A stretch of 64,000 nucleotides of DNA from contig MHAY01000060.1 in assembly GCA_001804705.1 (NCBI GenBank), forward strand, positions 52,055-116,054, in the 5' to 3' direction. The notes below the pieces were generated by a model. That model searched no databases, was not told the origin of the DNA, and worked only from the letters and a program-made list of their open reading frames with translations. Shown here in pieces: positions 8,415 to 17,413 of the stretch (its first letter is position 1; every line of letters starts with the position of its first letter). The stretch comes from Ignavibacteria bacterium RIFOXYC2_FULL_35_21 (GTDB lineage: Bacteria; Bacteroidota; Ignavibacteria; Kapaibacteriales; UBA2268). The position numbers were made by a program, and so were the translations under genes.

Positions 8415-11179
8415 AATTTTATAGCTTCTATGTTGACATCAGGCCTGATATTTCCTTTCCATTTGTTCACCAAAGCAACAAGAATTTTATAAATTTCAAT
8501 AATTATAATAATTGAAAATGTTGTGCACATAACAATCAACCATTCATTTGCAGATAGAGGTACCGTATCGAGTAAATTATTCATAACCGGAATTGCAACT
8601 GCAGAAATTTGCAAACCAATTGCAAGGACCATTACAGCAAGTAATGTAGGATTGCTAAATGGGTTGATACGGTCAATTCTGGTTCCGCCGGGATAAGGTA
8701 AGTTAGCAAACAAGGACCTGTCGAATGAACGTGAATTTTGAACGTTCCAAATCTGGAAAAAGGCTAAAACGCAAAATGCCATTGTCCTTGCTTTGTCATG
8801 TGAATTAGGATTTAATACAAGCTCAGCGTCAGGCAGGTAGTAATTGAACACAAGCAAGGTACCAATCATCATAATAAATCCGGAGATTATCATCTGATAG
8901 ACCATCCTTCTGTTTATTAATGGGCTCTCTTTTCTGCGAGGAAGGAATACCATTACATCGCCATGCTCCTTTTCAAAGGCAAGTGGGAAAGTTGATGTAC
9001 CATCTGTTACAAGGTTAATCCATAATAATTGTGCTGGAAGAACAGGCAAGGGAAAACCAAAAGCAACAGATACGGCAATTGTAAGTAAACCGCCAAAGCT
9101 GGTTGAGAGTATATATAATATAATATGCTGTAAATTTCTTAGAACAACTCTTCCTCTTCTGACAGCTTTAACGATTGTTGCAAAGTTATCATCAAAAAGA
9201 ACCATATGCGCTGATTCCTTTGCTACATCAGTTCCACTACCCATAGCCACACCGATGTCTGCCTGTTTCAATGCAGGCGCATCGTTAACACCATCGCCGG
9301 TCATTGCAACAATGTTTCCTCGTGCTTGCAATTGTTTTACTATTCTATATTTATGATGTGGAGCAACGCGGGCATAAACATCAATTTCAGGAACTTTATC
9401 AAATAATTCTTTATCGGTCATTTTATCAATTTCCAGCCCAGTGATTGCTACGGGTTTTGGTTTTCCTTTGCCTATTCCGACAGTTTTGGCTACTGATTGT
9501 GCTGTCTTTGCATGGTCACCGGTAATCATAACGACACGAATACCTGCATTGTGACATTTACTAACAGCTTCTACGGCTTCGGGCCTGACTGAGTCTTCGA
9601 TACCAGCAAATCCAATAAAAATCAAATTATTCAAATTATCGAGTGACAGAGGAAAGTTAATCGAATCATCGGAATATGCAAGGGCAAGAACCCTCAATCC
9701 TTTTTCAGAGAAAGCAAGGATAACATTATTCACATTATCCAAACTTAATGGAATTTTTGCCCCGTTAATATCAATCATTGAATTACATCTGTTTAATATT
9801 TTTTCCGGAGCTCCTTTAGCAAGTATATAATTTTTATCTTCTGAAACTACACTGACAGCCATTAATTGATTTTCGGATTCAAAAGGAATATCTATATTAA
9901 CCTGGAAATTGTTAGTGTTAAATCCAAGTTTCTTTGCAGCAATCATTAATGCTACTTCAGTAGGGTCACCGGTGATATCCCAGTCAGTTCCGTTTTCCTT
10001 AATTGCAGATTCGGTGCAGAGAGAACCAACTAATGCCGTAAGATTCAGAGCATAGTAATCATCGGCGAATACCTGTTCACCGCTATGTTGCGAAAATACC
10101 TGTCCTTCTCTTGAGTAGCCCGAACCAATGACATCAAAATATTCTCCACCGCTGTAAAGCCTAGTAACGGTCATTTGATTTTTTGTAAGAGTGCCTGTCT
10201 TGTCGGTACAAATGATATTAGTACTGCCGAGAGTTTCAACTGCCTTAAGTTTTTTTACAATGGCTTTTTGTTTTGCCATCTGCGACAGACCAATAGATAA
10301 TGTTATAGTAACAGCGACAGGTAATCCTTCGGGTATGGCTGAAACAGCTAAGCCGACAGAGGTGAGAAACATTGTTAGCCAATCATTTCCCCGAAGGTAG
10401 CCAACAAGAAAAATCACAACAACAATAACCATAATAGCTATGCTGATAAATTTGCCGAAAGCAGCCATCTGGATTCCCAGGGGAGATACTGTTTCTTCGG
10501 CTTCGGCTACCTTAACTGAAATTTTACCGAATTCTGTTTGATTACCAACAGCAGTAACGACTGCAACTCCTCTGCCTTTTTGGACAATAGTGCCTGAATA
10601 AAGCATTGTGAATCTGTCACCGAGAGGAGCATCCTTACTGATAATAGAGTTGGCGTTTTTTGTGATTGAAAAAGATTCGCCTGTCAGCATAGATTCATCA
10701 ATCAGCAGATTTTGAGAATCAATTAACCGTGCATCTGCCGGTACCCTGACACCGCTTTCAAGTATAATAATATCACCAACAACGACTTCAGTAGCAGCTA
10801 TTATTTGTTGTATTCCTTCTCTTATGACACGGGCAGTCGGTGCTGTCATTTTCATCAGGGCATTTAATGCGTCCGAAGCCCTGCGTTCCTGGATAAATCC
10901 GATTAGAGTATTAAGTATAACGACAGTAGCTATTACAAAAGTGTCTTTTAATTCTGCAAGAAAAGCATTTAATACGGCTGCGACAATCAGAATATAGATA
11001 ACCGGGTCGTTGAATTGCTCGAGCAATAATACCCATGCTGATTTTTCTTTAGTTGATATTAGTGTGTTGTCCCCATGTTTTTCCCTCATATCATTTATTT
11101 GATTCGATGATAGTCCGGTTTCCTGATTAACATTTAATGTTTTCAGGACAACATCACTTGATTGCGTATGCCAAAACAT
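8405..11179 (-). CDS. P-type ATPase, type IIA-like cation (Ca2+-type) transporter
   Basis: DKTGTLT phosphorylation site (ICTDKTGTLT), PEGLP in TM4, TGDHAKTA, and MTGDGVNDAPAL. Start placed at M34 (MFWHTQ..). The ORF track extends it to 11278. Confidence 0.85.
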   Translation of the reverse strand: MFWHTQSSDVVLKTLNVNQETGLSSNQINDMREKHGDNTLISTKEKSAWVLLLEQFNDPVIYILIVAAVLNAFLAELKDTFVIATVVILNTLIGFIQERRASDALNALMKMTAPTARVIREGIQQIIAATEVVVGDIIILESGVRVPADARLIDSQNLLIDESMLTGESFSITKNANSIISKDAPLGDRFTMLYSGTIVQKGRGVAVVTAVGNQTEFGKISVKVAEAEETVSPLGIQMAAFGKFISIAIMVIVVVIFLVGYLRGNDWLTMFLTSVGLAVSAIPEGLPVAVTITLSIGLSQMAKQKAIVKKLKAVETLGSTNIICTDKTGTLTKNQMTVTRLYSGGEYFDVIGSGYSREGQVFSQHSGEQVFADDYYALNLTALVGSLCTESAIKENGTDWDITGDPTEVALMIAAKKLGFNTNNFQVNIDIPFESENQLMAVSVVSEDKNYILAKGAPEKILNRCNSMIDINGAKIPLSLDNVNNVILAFSEKGLRVLALAYSDDSINFPLSLDNLNNLIFIGFAGIEDSVRPEAVEAVSKCHNAGIRVVMITGDHAKTAQSVAKTVGIGKGKPKPVAITGLEIDKMTDKELFDKVPEIDVYARVAPHHKYRIVKQLQARGNIVAMTGDGVNDAPALKQADIGVAMGSGTDVAKESAHMVLFDDNFATIVKAVRRGRVVLRNLQHIILYILSTSFGGLLTIAVSVAFGFPLPVLPAQLLWINLVTDGTSTFPLAFEKEHGDVMVFLPRRKESPLINRRMVYQMIISGFIMMIGTLLVFNYYLPDAELVLNPNSHDKARTMAFCVLAFFQIWNVQNSRSFDRSLFANLPYPGGTRIDRINPFSNPTLLAVMVLAIGLQISAVAIPVMNNLLDTVPLSANEWLIVMCTTFSIIIIIEIYKILVALVNKWKGNIRPDVNIEAIKFYK

Positions 11180-11414
11180 ATTATTAATACTTTTTTGCTT
11201 TTCTCTTATTTTAAAATGAATAATCATACAAGTTAATAAAAAATCAAATCTTTTAAAAACCTGATTTTTCAGTAACATTTAATAAGAAGAAAAGCTTGAA
11301 TTTGAGTTTTTTCTTAAATTTTTAATTATTGTAATTCAGATACTACAAAAATAAAAAAAAGGATGATAAAAGTCGAGGCATATTTACAGACATACCTTGA
11401 TTGATTAATATTTT

Positions 11415-12116
11415 TTAGAAAGTATTATAAATCAAATATACTCCTCCAAGAATCACAAGAATTCCGCAAATTCGCTTGATATATTTTGTAGTCTTGGAAT
11501 TTTCTGTCCAATTTAAATATTGCTGTACTTTCTTTGTTAATGTACCTGCCAGAACAATGACGAAAGCATGTCCCAGTGAAAATGCAACAAGTAAGCTGAT
11601 TGCTAAAATAATATCGGTTGACGAAACCTGGAATACAACACCAAGAATAGGTGCCATAAAAGCAAAGGTACAAGGTCCAAGACCAATTCCGAAAATAAGT
11701 CCAAGAATAAGAGCGGCAATCAATCCCTTGAATCTGGTACCGCTCATTTTAGCTCCATCCCATGGTAATCTTATTACGTCAAGCAAATAAAGACCAACAA
11801 CAAAAAATACAACTGCAACAATATAATTTCCTATTGAGCCGACATCTCCCATCAATCTGCCGAGAGAAAGAGTAATAATACCAATTAATGCAATTGTAAT
11901 TAAAATACCGATTGCAAAAACAAGAGATAAATTGAAAGTTCTTTTTAAAGTGATATCCCCTTGAGAACTTAAAAAACCAATTATTAAAGGAATACTAGAT
12001 AAATGGCAGGGGCTTAAAATTATACTTAATATGCCCCAACCCAAAGCAGATAAGGATGCCAACCAAAAATTCTGGTATAACAAATTACTCAGTGTATCAA
12101 ATAAATTTTCTATCAT
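11415..12116 (-). CDS. ccdA: CcdA/DsbD-family transmembrane thiol-disulfide electron transporter
   Basis: Six-TM protein with the two conserved membrane-embedded Cys motifs (LSPCHLSSIP and LGPCTFAFMAP). Confidence 0.8.
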   Translation of the reverse strand: MIENLFDTLSNLLYQNFWLASLSALGWGILSIILSPCHLSSIPLIIGFLSSQGDITLKRTFNLSLVFAIGILITIALIGIITLSLGRLMGDVGSIGNYIVAVVFFVVGLYLLDVIRLPWDGAKMSGTRFKGLIAALILGLIFGIGLGPCTFAFMAPILGVVFQVSSTDIILAISLLVAFSLGHAFVIVLAGTLTKKVQQYLNWTENSKTTKYIKRICGILVILGGVYLIYNTF

Positions 12117-12125
12117 TTTTATTTT

Positions 12126-12692
12126 CTAACTATTAATTTTTAATCCCTTGGATTGAAGAAATTTATCAATATCTTCTTCCGGGTAGTATCCTTCATGTCT
12201 GTGTATTTCCTTTTTATTGGCATCAAGGAATATCTGGGTTGGAATTAGTCTAATTCCATATTCAATGCTTTTATCTTTATACTCATCTTTCCAAACGTCA
12301 TAAAAGATGACTTTAAGTTGTTCATCATACTTTTTCTCAAGGGATTTCATAATAGGCTGCATTTTTTTGCAAGGAATACAATTTACTGAACCTAATTCAA
12401 TAAAAGTAACAATTGGATACTTTGGCGCGTCATTTGTAGAAACCTGTTCGCTACTTTTCGAACTAGTTTTGTTTTTTGAATCGGTTGCATTATTTAAATT
12501 GATATTCTTCTCCCCTTTTGCAGAACTAGCGATTGTATTATTCTCAGTGTTAGAGTTTGTTTCAGTTTTGTTTAACTCGGTTACTTCTGCAGTCTTTGTC
12601 TGAGTCTGAGGTTGTTGCTCTGATTCTTTATTATTACAACCTATTACTATAAACGAAAGTGCTAATAGTATAATTATTAAATTTAGTTTCAT
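12126..12692 (-). CDS. Thioredoxin-fold lipoprotein (CIPC active site) with a long Ser/Thr/Asn/Gln-rich linker
   Basis: Lipobox LSFIVIGC. The C-terminal domain reads VTFIELGSVNCIPCKKM...LIPTQIF. Start moved to M26 (12692), abutting the upstream stop. Paralog of 26674..27075. Confidence 0.75.
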   Translation of the reverse strand: MKLNLIIILLALSFIVIGCNNKESEQQPQTQTKTAEVTELNKTETNSNTENNTIASSAKGEKNINLNNATDSKNKTSSKSSEQVSTNDAPKYPIVTFIELGSVNCIPCKKMQPIMKSLEKKYDEQLKVIFYDVWKDEYKDKSIEYGIRLIPTQIFLDANKKEIHRHEGYYPEEDIDKFLQSKGLKINS

Positions 12693-12693
12693 A

Positions 12694-12933
12694 CTATTTT
12701 GCCTCCCCGAGCCATTGAAGAATCTGATTATCTTTTGGAATTGAGCCATAACTAACCACTTTATCATTCACAACCAAACCTGGAGTCATCATAATTCCGA
12801 ATTTCATTATTTCCTGAAGGTCGGTTATTTTTTCAATTGTGGCATCAATCTTGTTGATATTAACAATCTCTCTGACTTTTTTTTCAAGATTAACACATTT
12901 AGCACACCCGGTTCCTAAAATTTTGATATTCAT
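12694..12933 (-). CDS. Small glutaredoxin-like protein (redox-active disulfide protein 2 / MTH895-TM0996 type)
   Basis: 79 aa with MNIKILGTGCAKC...MMTPGLVVNDKVV. This is the typical small Trx-fold protein found next to ArsP-type permeases. Confidence 0.75.
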   Translation of the reverse strand: MNIKILGTGCAKCVNLEKKVREIVNINKIDATIEKITDLQEIMKFGIMMTPGLVVNDKVVSYGSIPKDNQILQWLGEAK

Positions 12934-12934
12934 T

Positions 12935-13342
12935 TCAATCTCCTAATATTTTTTTTATTTCATTAGTTATATATTTTTTAAATTTTTTAAAATCATTCTC
13001 ATAATCCCAAATCTTATCGAGATTTTTCCATTGAACTTCTTTTCCATTTATTTTTTTGCTGATTATAAGTGTTTGAGTGTCAAATTTATATTGTTCTTGA
13101 TAATGTCCATTCTTCGGTTGAAGAAAATCAAGAGATTTGAGAGTTATTGTACTATCTTTTAACTCTTTTTCAAAATATAATTCAACCGAATTCTTAATGA
13201 AGTCTTCAATTGTAAGGCAAGCATGACACCTTATAGTTGCATGGAAATATAAAATATCTATCTGTACATTTTTGACCTGAGCTTGCATATTAATTAAGCT
13301 CATTATAAATACAATAGCTACAATAATGATTTGTCTTTTCAT
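12935..13342 (-). CDS. Small exported CxxC protein (resembles proteins annotated as ArsF family in ars clusters; from memory, unverified)
   Basis: Signal peptide, then IDILYFHATIRCHACLTIE. About 135 aa. Paralog of 14951..15364. Confidence 0.45.
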   Translation of the reverse strand: MKRQIIIVAIVFIMSLINMQAQVKNVQIDILYFHATIRCHACLTIEDFIKNSVELYFEKELKDSTITLKSLDFLQPKNGHYQEQYKFDTQTLIISKKINGKEVQWKNLDKIWDYENDFKKFKKYITNEIKKILGD

Positions 13343-13587
13343 TAGCTGTTCACTCCTTTACTTAAATAAACCTTCAGTTCCTCAACCGTTGGCACTTTAC
13401 CGGAGAACAAAACCTTGTCATTGACAACTAATGCTGGAGTTCTCATAACACCAAATTGTGCAATTGTGTTTATATTTGACATTTTAAAGATGTCTGCCTT
13501 AATATTCAATTCATGCACGGCAGAACGAACTCTTTTTTCGAGAGTCTCACAATTTATGCAACCAGGCCCTAAAACAAGAATGTCCAT
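13342..13587 (-). CDS. Small glutaredoxin-like protein (redox-active disulfide protein 2 type), second copy
   Basis: MDILVLGPGCINC...VMRTPALVVNDKVLF. Start moved to M13 (13587). The stop overlaps the next start by 1 nt. Confidence 0.75.
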   Translation of the reverse strand: MDILVLGPGCINCETLEKRVRSAVHELNIKADIFKMSNINTIAQFGVMRTPALVVNDKVLFSGKVPTVEELKVYLSKGVNS

Positions 13588-13597
13588 TTCTTCACCT

Positions 13598-14890
13598 TTA
13601 AATAAGACCAAAAATAAATCCAACTATTGTTGAAAAAAATACGACTAATGACACATATATTACCGTCTTCTTAGTGCCAATTACACTTTTAATAACAAGC
13701 ATACTTGGTAAAGATAATGCAGGTCCAGCTAATAGCAAAGCAAGTGCAGGCCCCTTTCCCATACCTGAACCCATCAATCCCTGTAAAATCGGAACTTCCG
13801 TTAAAGTAGCAAAATACATAAAAGCGGCAATAATACTTGAAATGAAGTTAGCAAACAACGAATTACCTCCAACTAAATCTGATATCCACACTGAAGGAAT
13901 AATTCCTTCATGCCCGGGTCTGCCGAGCATAAATCCGGCAAAAAGGACACCAATGAACAGAAGCGGCATGATTTGCTTAGCAAATGTCCACGTAGATTCG
14001 AACCATTTCTTCAATTCGTCATTGCCGGTTATAGTGATATATGTTAAACCTAATATTGCTACTCCAAATGGAATACTTGGATTATCAAATATAAATACGG
14101 AAACAGCAACAATTGCCGCAATTGCTACTAATTTAATGATATTGGCTTTATACCACAGCGCCAATACAATACCGAATATTAAAGCTGCAACCGAAGTTAT
14201 TATCCATTTTGAACTATATACCGCAAACCAAAAACCTTCAACCGTATCGGGTTTAGCCCAGTTCGAAAACACCAGAATAATTATCATCAAACCAAAGAAT
14301 ATTATTGTTTGCCATAATGGTCGTGGTGTTTCCGGTTCGGGCAGTTCGGCGGCGGCTTCAATTTTTTTTATTTCTTCCTTCCTAAAAATAAACGCCATAA
14401 TCAAACCGATTACTATAGCAAAAGAAACGGCTCCAACTGTTCTTGCAACTGCAATTTCAATCCCAAGCACTTTCCCCGATAAAATTATAGCTAAAACATT
14501 AATTGCCGGACCAGAGTATAAAAATGCTATTGCCGGTCCCAAACCAGCACCCATCATATATATTCCTGTAAAAATAGGCAATACAGTACAAGAACACACC
14601 GCAAGAATACTTCCGGAAACTGAGCCAACACCATAAGCCATTTTTTTATTAGCTTTAGGTCCCAAATATTTCATCACTGAATTTTGACTTACAAAGACGC
14701 CAATTGCTCCTGCGATGTAAAATGCAGGCAGTAAACATAGAATTACATGTTCTTGGGCATACCATTTCATCAACTCTAAGGCTTCAAATATTGCCCCATC
14801 AAATCTTTGATTACCTATAGGTAAATTATAAAATAATATAAATGCCACTGCTAAATATATAAAAATTTTTATTTCTTTTTTCCATTCCAT
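13598..14890 (-). CDS. Multi-pass permease of the ArsP / UPF0718 (COG0701-like) type
   Basis: 430 aa with about 10 TM helices and a conserved CxC motif in a TM helix (SILAVCSCTVLPIF). It is followed by a small redox-active disulfide protein, the classic pairing. Confidence 0.65.
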   Translation of the reverse strand: MEWKKEIKIFIYLAVAFILFYNLPIGNQRFDGAIFEALELMKWYAQEHVILCLLPAFYIAGAIGVFVSQNSVMKYLGPKANKKMAYGVGSVSGSILAVCSCTVLPIFTGIYMMGAGLGPAIAFLYSGPAINVLAIILSGKVLGIEIAVARTVGAVSFAIVIGLIMAFIFRKEEIKKIEAAAELPEPETPRPLWQTIIFFGLMIIILVFSNWAKPDTVEGFWFAVYSSKWIITSVAALIFGIVLALWYKANIIKLVAIAAIVAVSVFIFDNPSIPFGVAILGLTYITITGNDELKKWFESTWTFAKQIMPLLFIGVLFAGFMLGRPGHEGIIPSVWISDLVGGNSLFANFISSIIAAFMYFATLTEVPILQGLMGSGMGKGPALALLLAGPALSLPSMLVIKSVIGTKKTVIYVSLVVFFSTIVGFIFGLI

Positions 14891-14950
14891 TTAATAATCT
14901 CCAAAGGTATTTTTGCTTACTTTATTTTCAAATAGGGTTCTGTTTATTAC

Positions 14951-15364
14951 TTACTTAATTGCTTCAGCAATACTTTTCTTCATTTCCTCTTCAAATTTCA
15001 TTTTATTACTTGTTCTTGCATAGTCTTTAACAATTGCAGAAACATCCACCGATGATTCATCCTGTCCAATTTTTGTAACAATAATGACAGTTTGCGATTT
15101 TGCATTGTATTTTGAAACTAAATCTATATTAGCAGAATCTGCTAACCGGATAACTTTAAATTCAATATTCTCGTTAGCAAAGTATTTAATCAAGACAGAA
15201 TCAACGTCTGCCTGAAGGGCATTACAGGCTCTTGCTTTACAGCAAGCAAGATTTGCTTTGAAATATAAAACTTCAATATATTTTTTGTTTTCTTGTGCTA
15301 AAGAAGTTTCAAATACTGAAATAACAGCCAAGAAAAGCAATAAAACTAATTTCTGCAAATTCAA
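14951..15364 (-). CDS. Small exported Cys-motif protein (ArsF-family-like), second copy
   Basis: Signal peptide, then YIEVLYFKANLACCKARACNAL. Same length and pattern as 12935..13342. Confidence 0.45.
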   Translation of the reverse strand: MNLQKLVLLLFLAVISVFETSLAQENKKYIEVLYFKANLACCKARACNALQADVDSVLIKYFANENIEFKVIRLADSANIDLVSKYNAKSQTVIIVTKIGQDESSVDVSAIVKDYARTSNKMKFEEEMKKSIAEAIK

Positions 15365-16093
15365 TTAATTTTCTCCTAATCTATCACAAAATGCTTTATA
15401 TACATTCTTTGCTCTTGACCTTTCAATTGCTTGTGTTTTCAAGTAATCCAGATTATTAATAACCATATCTAGTTTTGAGTATGGAAAACCCAATACTGCT
15501 TCTCCTGTCTTTACATCTGTTGCATCCCTGCATCCATAGCAACCGAAACTCATATTAATCATACCGCTCAAATATGGAATTACACATGCATCAACGCATA
15601 CAGCCTGTAAAATACTGGTGCTAAATTCAAGCCTTCCGCCATCCTCATTCAAATAAGCAAGAGCAAGCCACATCAACTTTTCTACTTCATCCTCAACTAT
15701 TATCACATCAGGAGTTTTATCGAAATTTTTCAATGGCTTCACAAGAACTGAATTAAATTTATTCTGCTCAATCCTTGGCATTGTTTCCATTACTTTCTGT
15801 CCAACTTCAAGTTCACGAAATATTCCATATCCTTGTAATATACTGCCGTTTTTTAACTGCTCTGTGAGTGGTTTAAGACCTAAAGCTGCTGCTGCCGCCG
15901 GACAAGCAATGTTATCTTTATTGATCGTTATTGATTTGCCATGTCGTGCTTCCATTACTGCCTGGCAAAACCGGCAGTCAATCTTATTAGACTGTTCAGA
16001 TTGATAATTTTCTTTGTAAAATTTTACACCTACCGGCAAGCCCGTTAATCCAATAGTGTTCATAACTTCTTCTGATATTTCTTTTAAGTTCAT
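15365..16093 (-). CDS. DUF169-family protein
   Basis: PVGVKFYKE, CRFCQAV, ACPAAAAALGL and FGCYGCRDATD match my memory of the DUF169 (COG2043) pattern. Function unknown. Confidence 0.6.
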   Translation of the reverse strand: MNLKEISEEVMNTIGLTGLPVGVKFYKENYQSEQSNKIDCRFCQAVMEARHGKSITINKDNIACPAAAAALGLKPLTEQLKNGSILQGYGIFRELEVGQKVMETMPRIEQNKFNSVLVKPLKNFDKTPDVIIVEDEVEKLMWLALAYLNEDGGRLEFSTSILQAVCVDACVIPYLSGMINMSFGCYGCRDATDVKTGEAVLGFPYSKLDMVINNLDYLKTQAIERSRAKNVYKAFCDRLGEN

Positions 16094-16094
16094 A

Positions 16095-16463
16095 TTAATT
16101 CCTTTTTTTATCTTCTTTGTCGCTACATATTATGTCATATCTATCAACACTTTTAACTTTCGCCAAATCTTCCTTTATCTCCTTCTCATTAGAGAACCAT
16201 CCAGGTAAAGAATCAATTATATTTTTTACGATTGTGTTTTCAATATCTTGTGAAATCCTGTAATTTATCCATTTTCCTTCTTTCTCATCTTCAATAAATC
16301 CTTCTTTTCTAAGATATGATAAATGGTTTGAAACAGTTGCAGTGGTTAAACCCAAAATCGAAGTAATTTCACAGACGCATAGCGGCTTCTGCAAAAGCAT
16401 CATCAATATCCGTACTCTATTTGGCTCGGACATCACTTTAAATAATTCTATTTTATCTCTCAT
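16095..16463 (-). CDS. arsR: ArsR/SmtB family metalloregulator (As(III)-type CVC site), second copy
   Basis: RILMMLLQKPLCVCEITSILGLTTATVSNHLSYLRKEGFI contains a winged HTH with the CVC motif. Confidence 0.85.
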   Translation of the reverse strand: MRDKIELFKVMSEPNRVRILMMLLQKPLCVCEITSILGLTTATVSNHLSYLRKEGFIEDEKEGKWINYRISQDIENTIVKNIIDSLPGWFSNEKEIKEDLAKVKSVDRYDIICSDKEDKKRN

Positions 16464-16480
16464 CTGTTTTTCTCATTTAT

Positions 16481-16504
16481 TCATTTAGCTAATCATCTAA
16501 ACGA
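16481..16504. promoter_or_regulatory. Candidate ArsR operator (imperfect inverted repeat) upstream of the second arsR
   Basis: TCATTTAG-N8-CTAAACGA (7 of 8 positions complementary), 18-41 nt upstream of the arsR start at 16463. Confidence 0.3.
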
Positions 16505-16691
16505 TAATTATGAAAATATATTTTGAATACCAAATGATTTCTAAAAAATATTTGCTTCTAAACAAGGAAATTTGAGGTTGTGTCAAGATAAAAATAAATA
16601 AACACCCAAAGTGGTAAAATGAAAATCGGAAAATATTTTTTATAATACCTGATTCTATGTTTGAAAACACCTATTGACTCATCTCGCATAT

Positions 16692-17234
16692 TCATTTTAA
16701 TTTTTTTTCTAGAACATTTTGAATCTCTTCTTCTATTCCAGTTATATATCCCATCCTTTGCCAGGTAATTTCTCCTTTCTCATTGAAAAGAATATAATGA
16801 GGTTTATCATTAACATTCATAGCTCTTTTGAAATCGCTGTTCTCATCAAGATAAATATCAAACAGCCAACCTTTTCCCTTTGCCAAGGGAGCAACTTTTT
16901 TGCTGCTTCTCGAATCGTCAATACTTATTGCGATCACTTTAAGACTAAATTTATCCTGCAATTCGCTATAATTATCAGCTAATCCATCCAGGGCTTTCAA
17001 GCTTGGACTACAGCAGGATCCAAAAAAGACAATAAGTAATGGATTCTGATCACTTGCCAGATATTTGGTGTCAATACTTTCTCCTTTCAGGTTCTTTATT
17101 TTTACAGAAGGGATTGAATTAATTTGTGAAAAAACCTTATTAAAAAGAATTAACAACACTACAATTATTGAAAATGATATAGTACGAATTTTCTTTGACA
17201 ATTTTAACTTCATATTTTTCTTTATAGTATTCAA
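16692..17234 (-). CDS. TlpA/redoxin-like exported thioredoxin-fold protein with a non-canonical CCSPS site
   Basis: Signal/anchor helix. PLLIVFFGSCCSPSLKAL aligns with the WCGPC region of TlpA-type proteins, with Trp replaced by Cys and the resolving Cys replaced by Ser. Confidence 0.6.
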   Translation of the reverse strand: MNTIKKNMKLKLSKKIRTISFSIIVVLLILFNKVFSQINSIPSVKIKNLKGESIDTKYLASDQNPLLIVFFGSCCSPSLKALDGLADNYSELQDKFSLKVIAISIDDSRSSKKVAPLAKGKGWLFDIYLDENSDFKRAMNVNDKPHYILFNEKGEITWQRMGYITGIEEEIQNVLEKKLK

Positions 17235-17242
17235 TAAATATT

Positions 17243-17386
17243 TTATACAATACTACCTTTATCTATATGAATCCTTACATTACCATAATTAGAAGCAACA
17301 GGACTATGCGTTACCATAGCAATAGTTATTTGATTCTCGATATTAATCTGTTTCAAAACTTCTAATATTTCAATTGCTGATTTCAT
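17243..17386 (-). pseudogene. Remnant of an ABC ATPase 3' end (47 codons), a paralogous copy of the end of gene 21581..22249
   Basis: My translation is MKSAIEILEVLKQINIENQITIAMVTHSPVASNYGNVRIHIDKGSIV*. The intact gene ends ...SIEILEVLKRINIENQITIAMVTHSPTASKYGNIRIHIDKGSIVN*. By hand alignment, nt 17247-17374 match 21588-21715 at about 113/128 with no gaps. There is no Walker A/B part. Confidence 0.8.
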
Positions 17387-17413
17387 AATTTTTATTAAAT
17401 CCGATATAAAAGC

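Noticed and set aside
11180-11278. A 33-aa N-terminal extension of the P-type ATPase in the ORF track.
   Set aside because: The extension (MLLKNQVFKRFDFLLTCMIIHFKIREKQKSINN) has no counterpart in P-type ATPases. The conserved N-terminus starts at M34 (MFWHTQSSDVVLKTL).
11279-11414. A terminator separating ccdA from the P-type ATPase, which would decide whether the ATPase belongs to the ars super-operon.
   Set aside because: I found only weak hairpins and a T-run. The evidence is insufficient either way, so operon membership of the ATPase is left open.
13674-14636. A 320-aa plus-strand ORF.
   Set aside because: It lies entirely antisense to the well-supported ArsP-like permease gene. Its Pro/Ile/Ala/Asn-rich translation is typical of the reverse strand of a TM-rich gene, and no motif is present.
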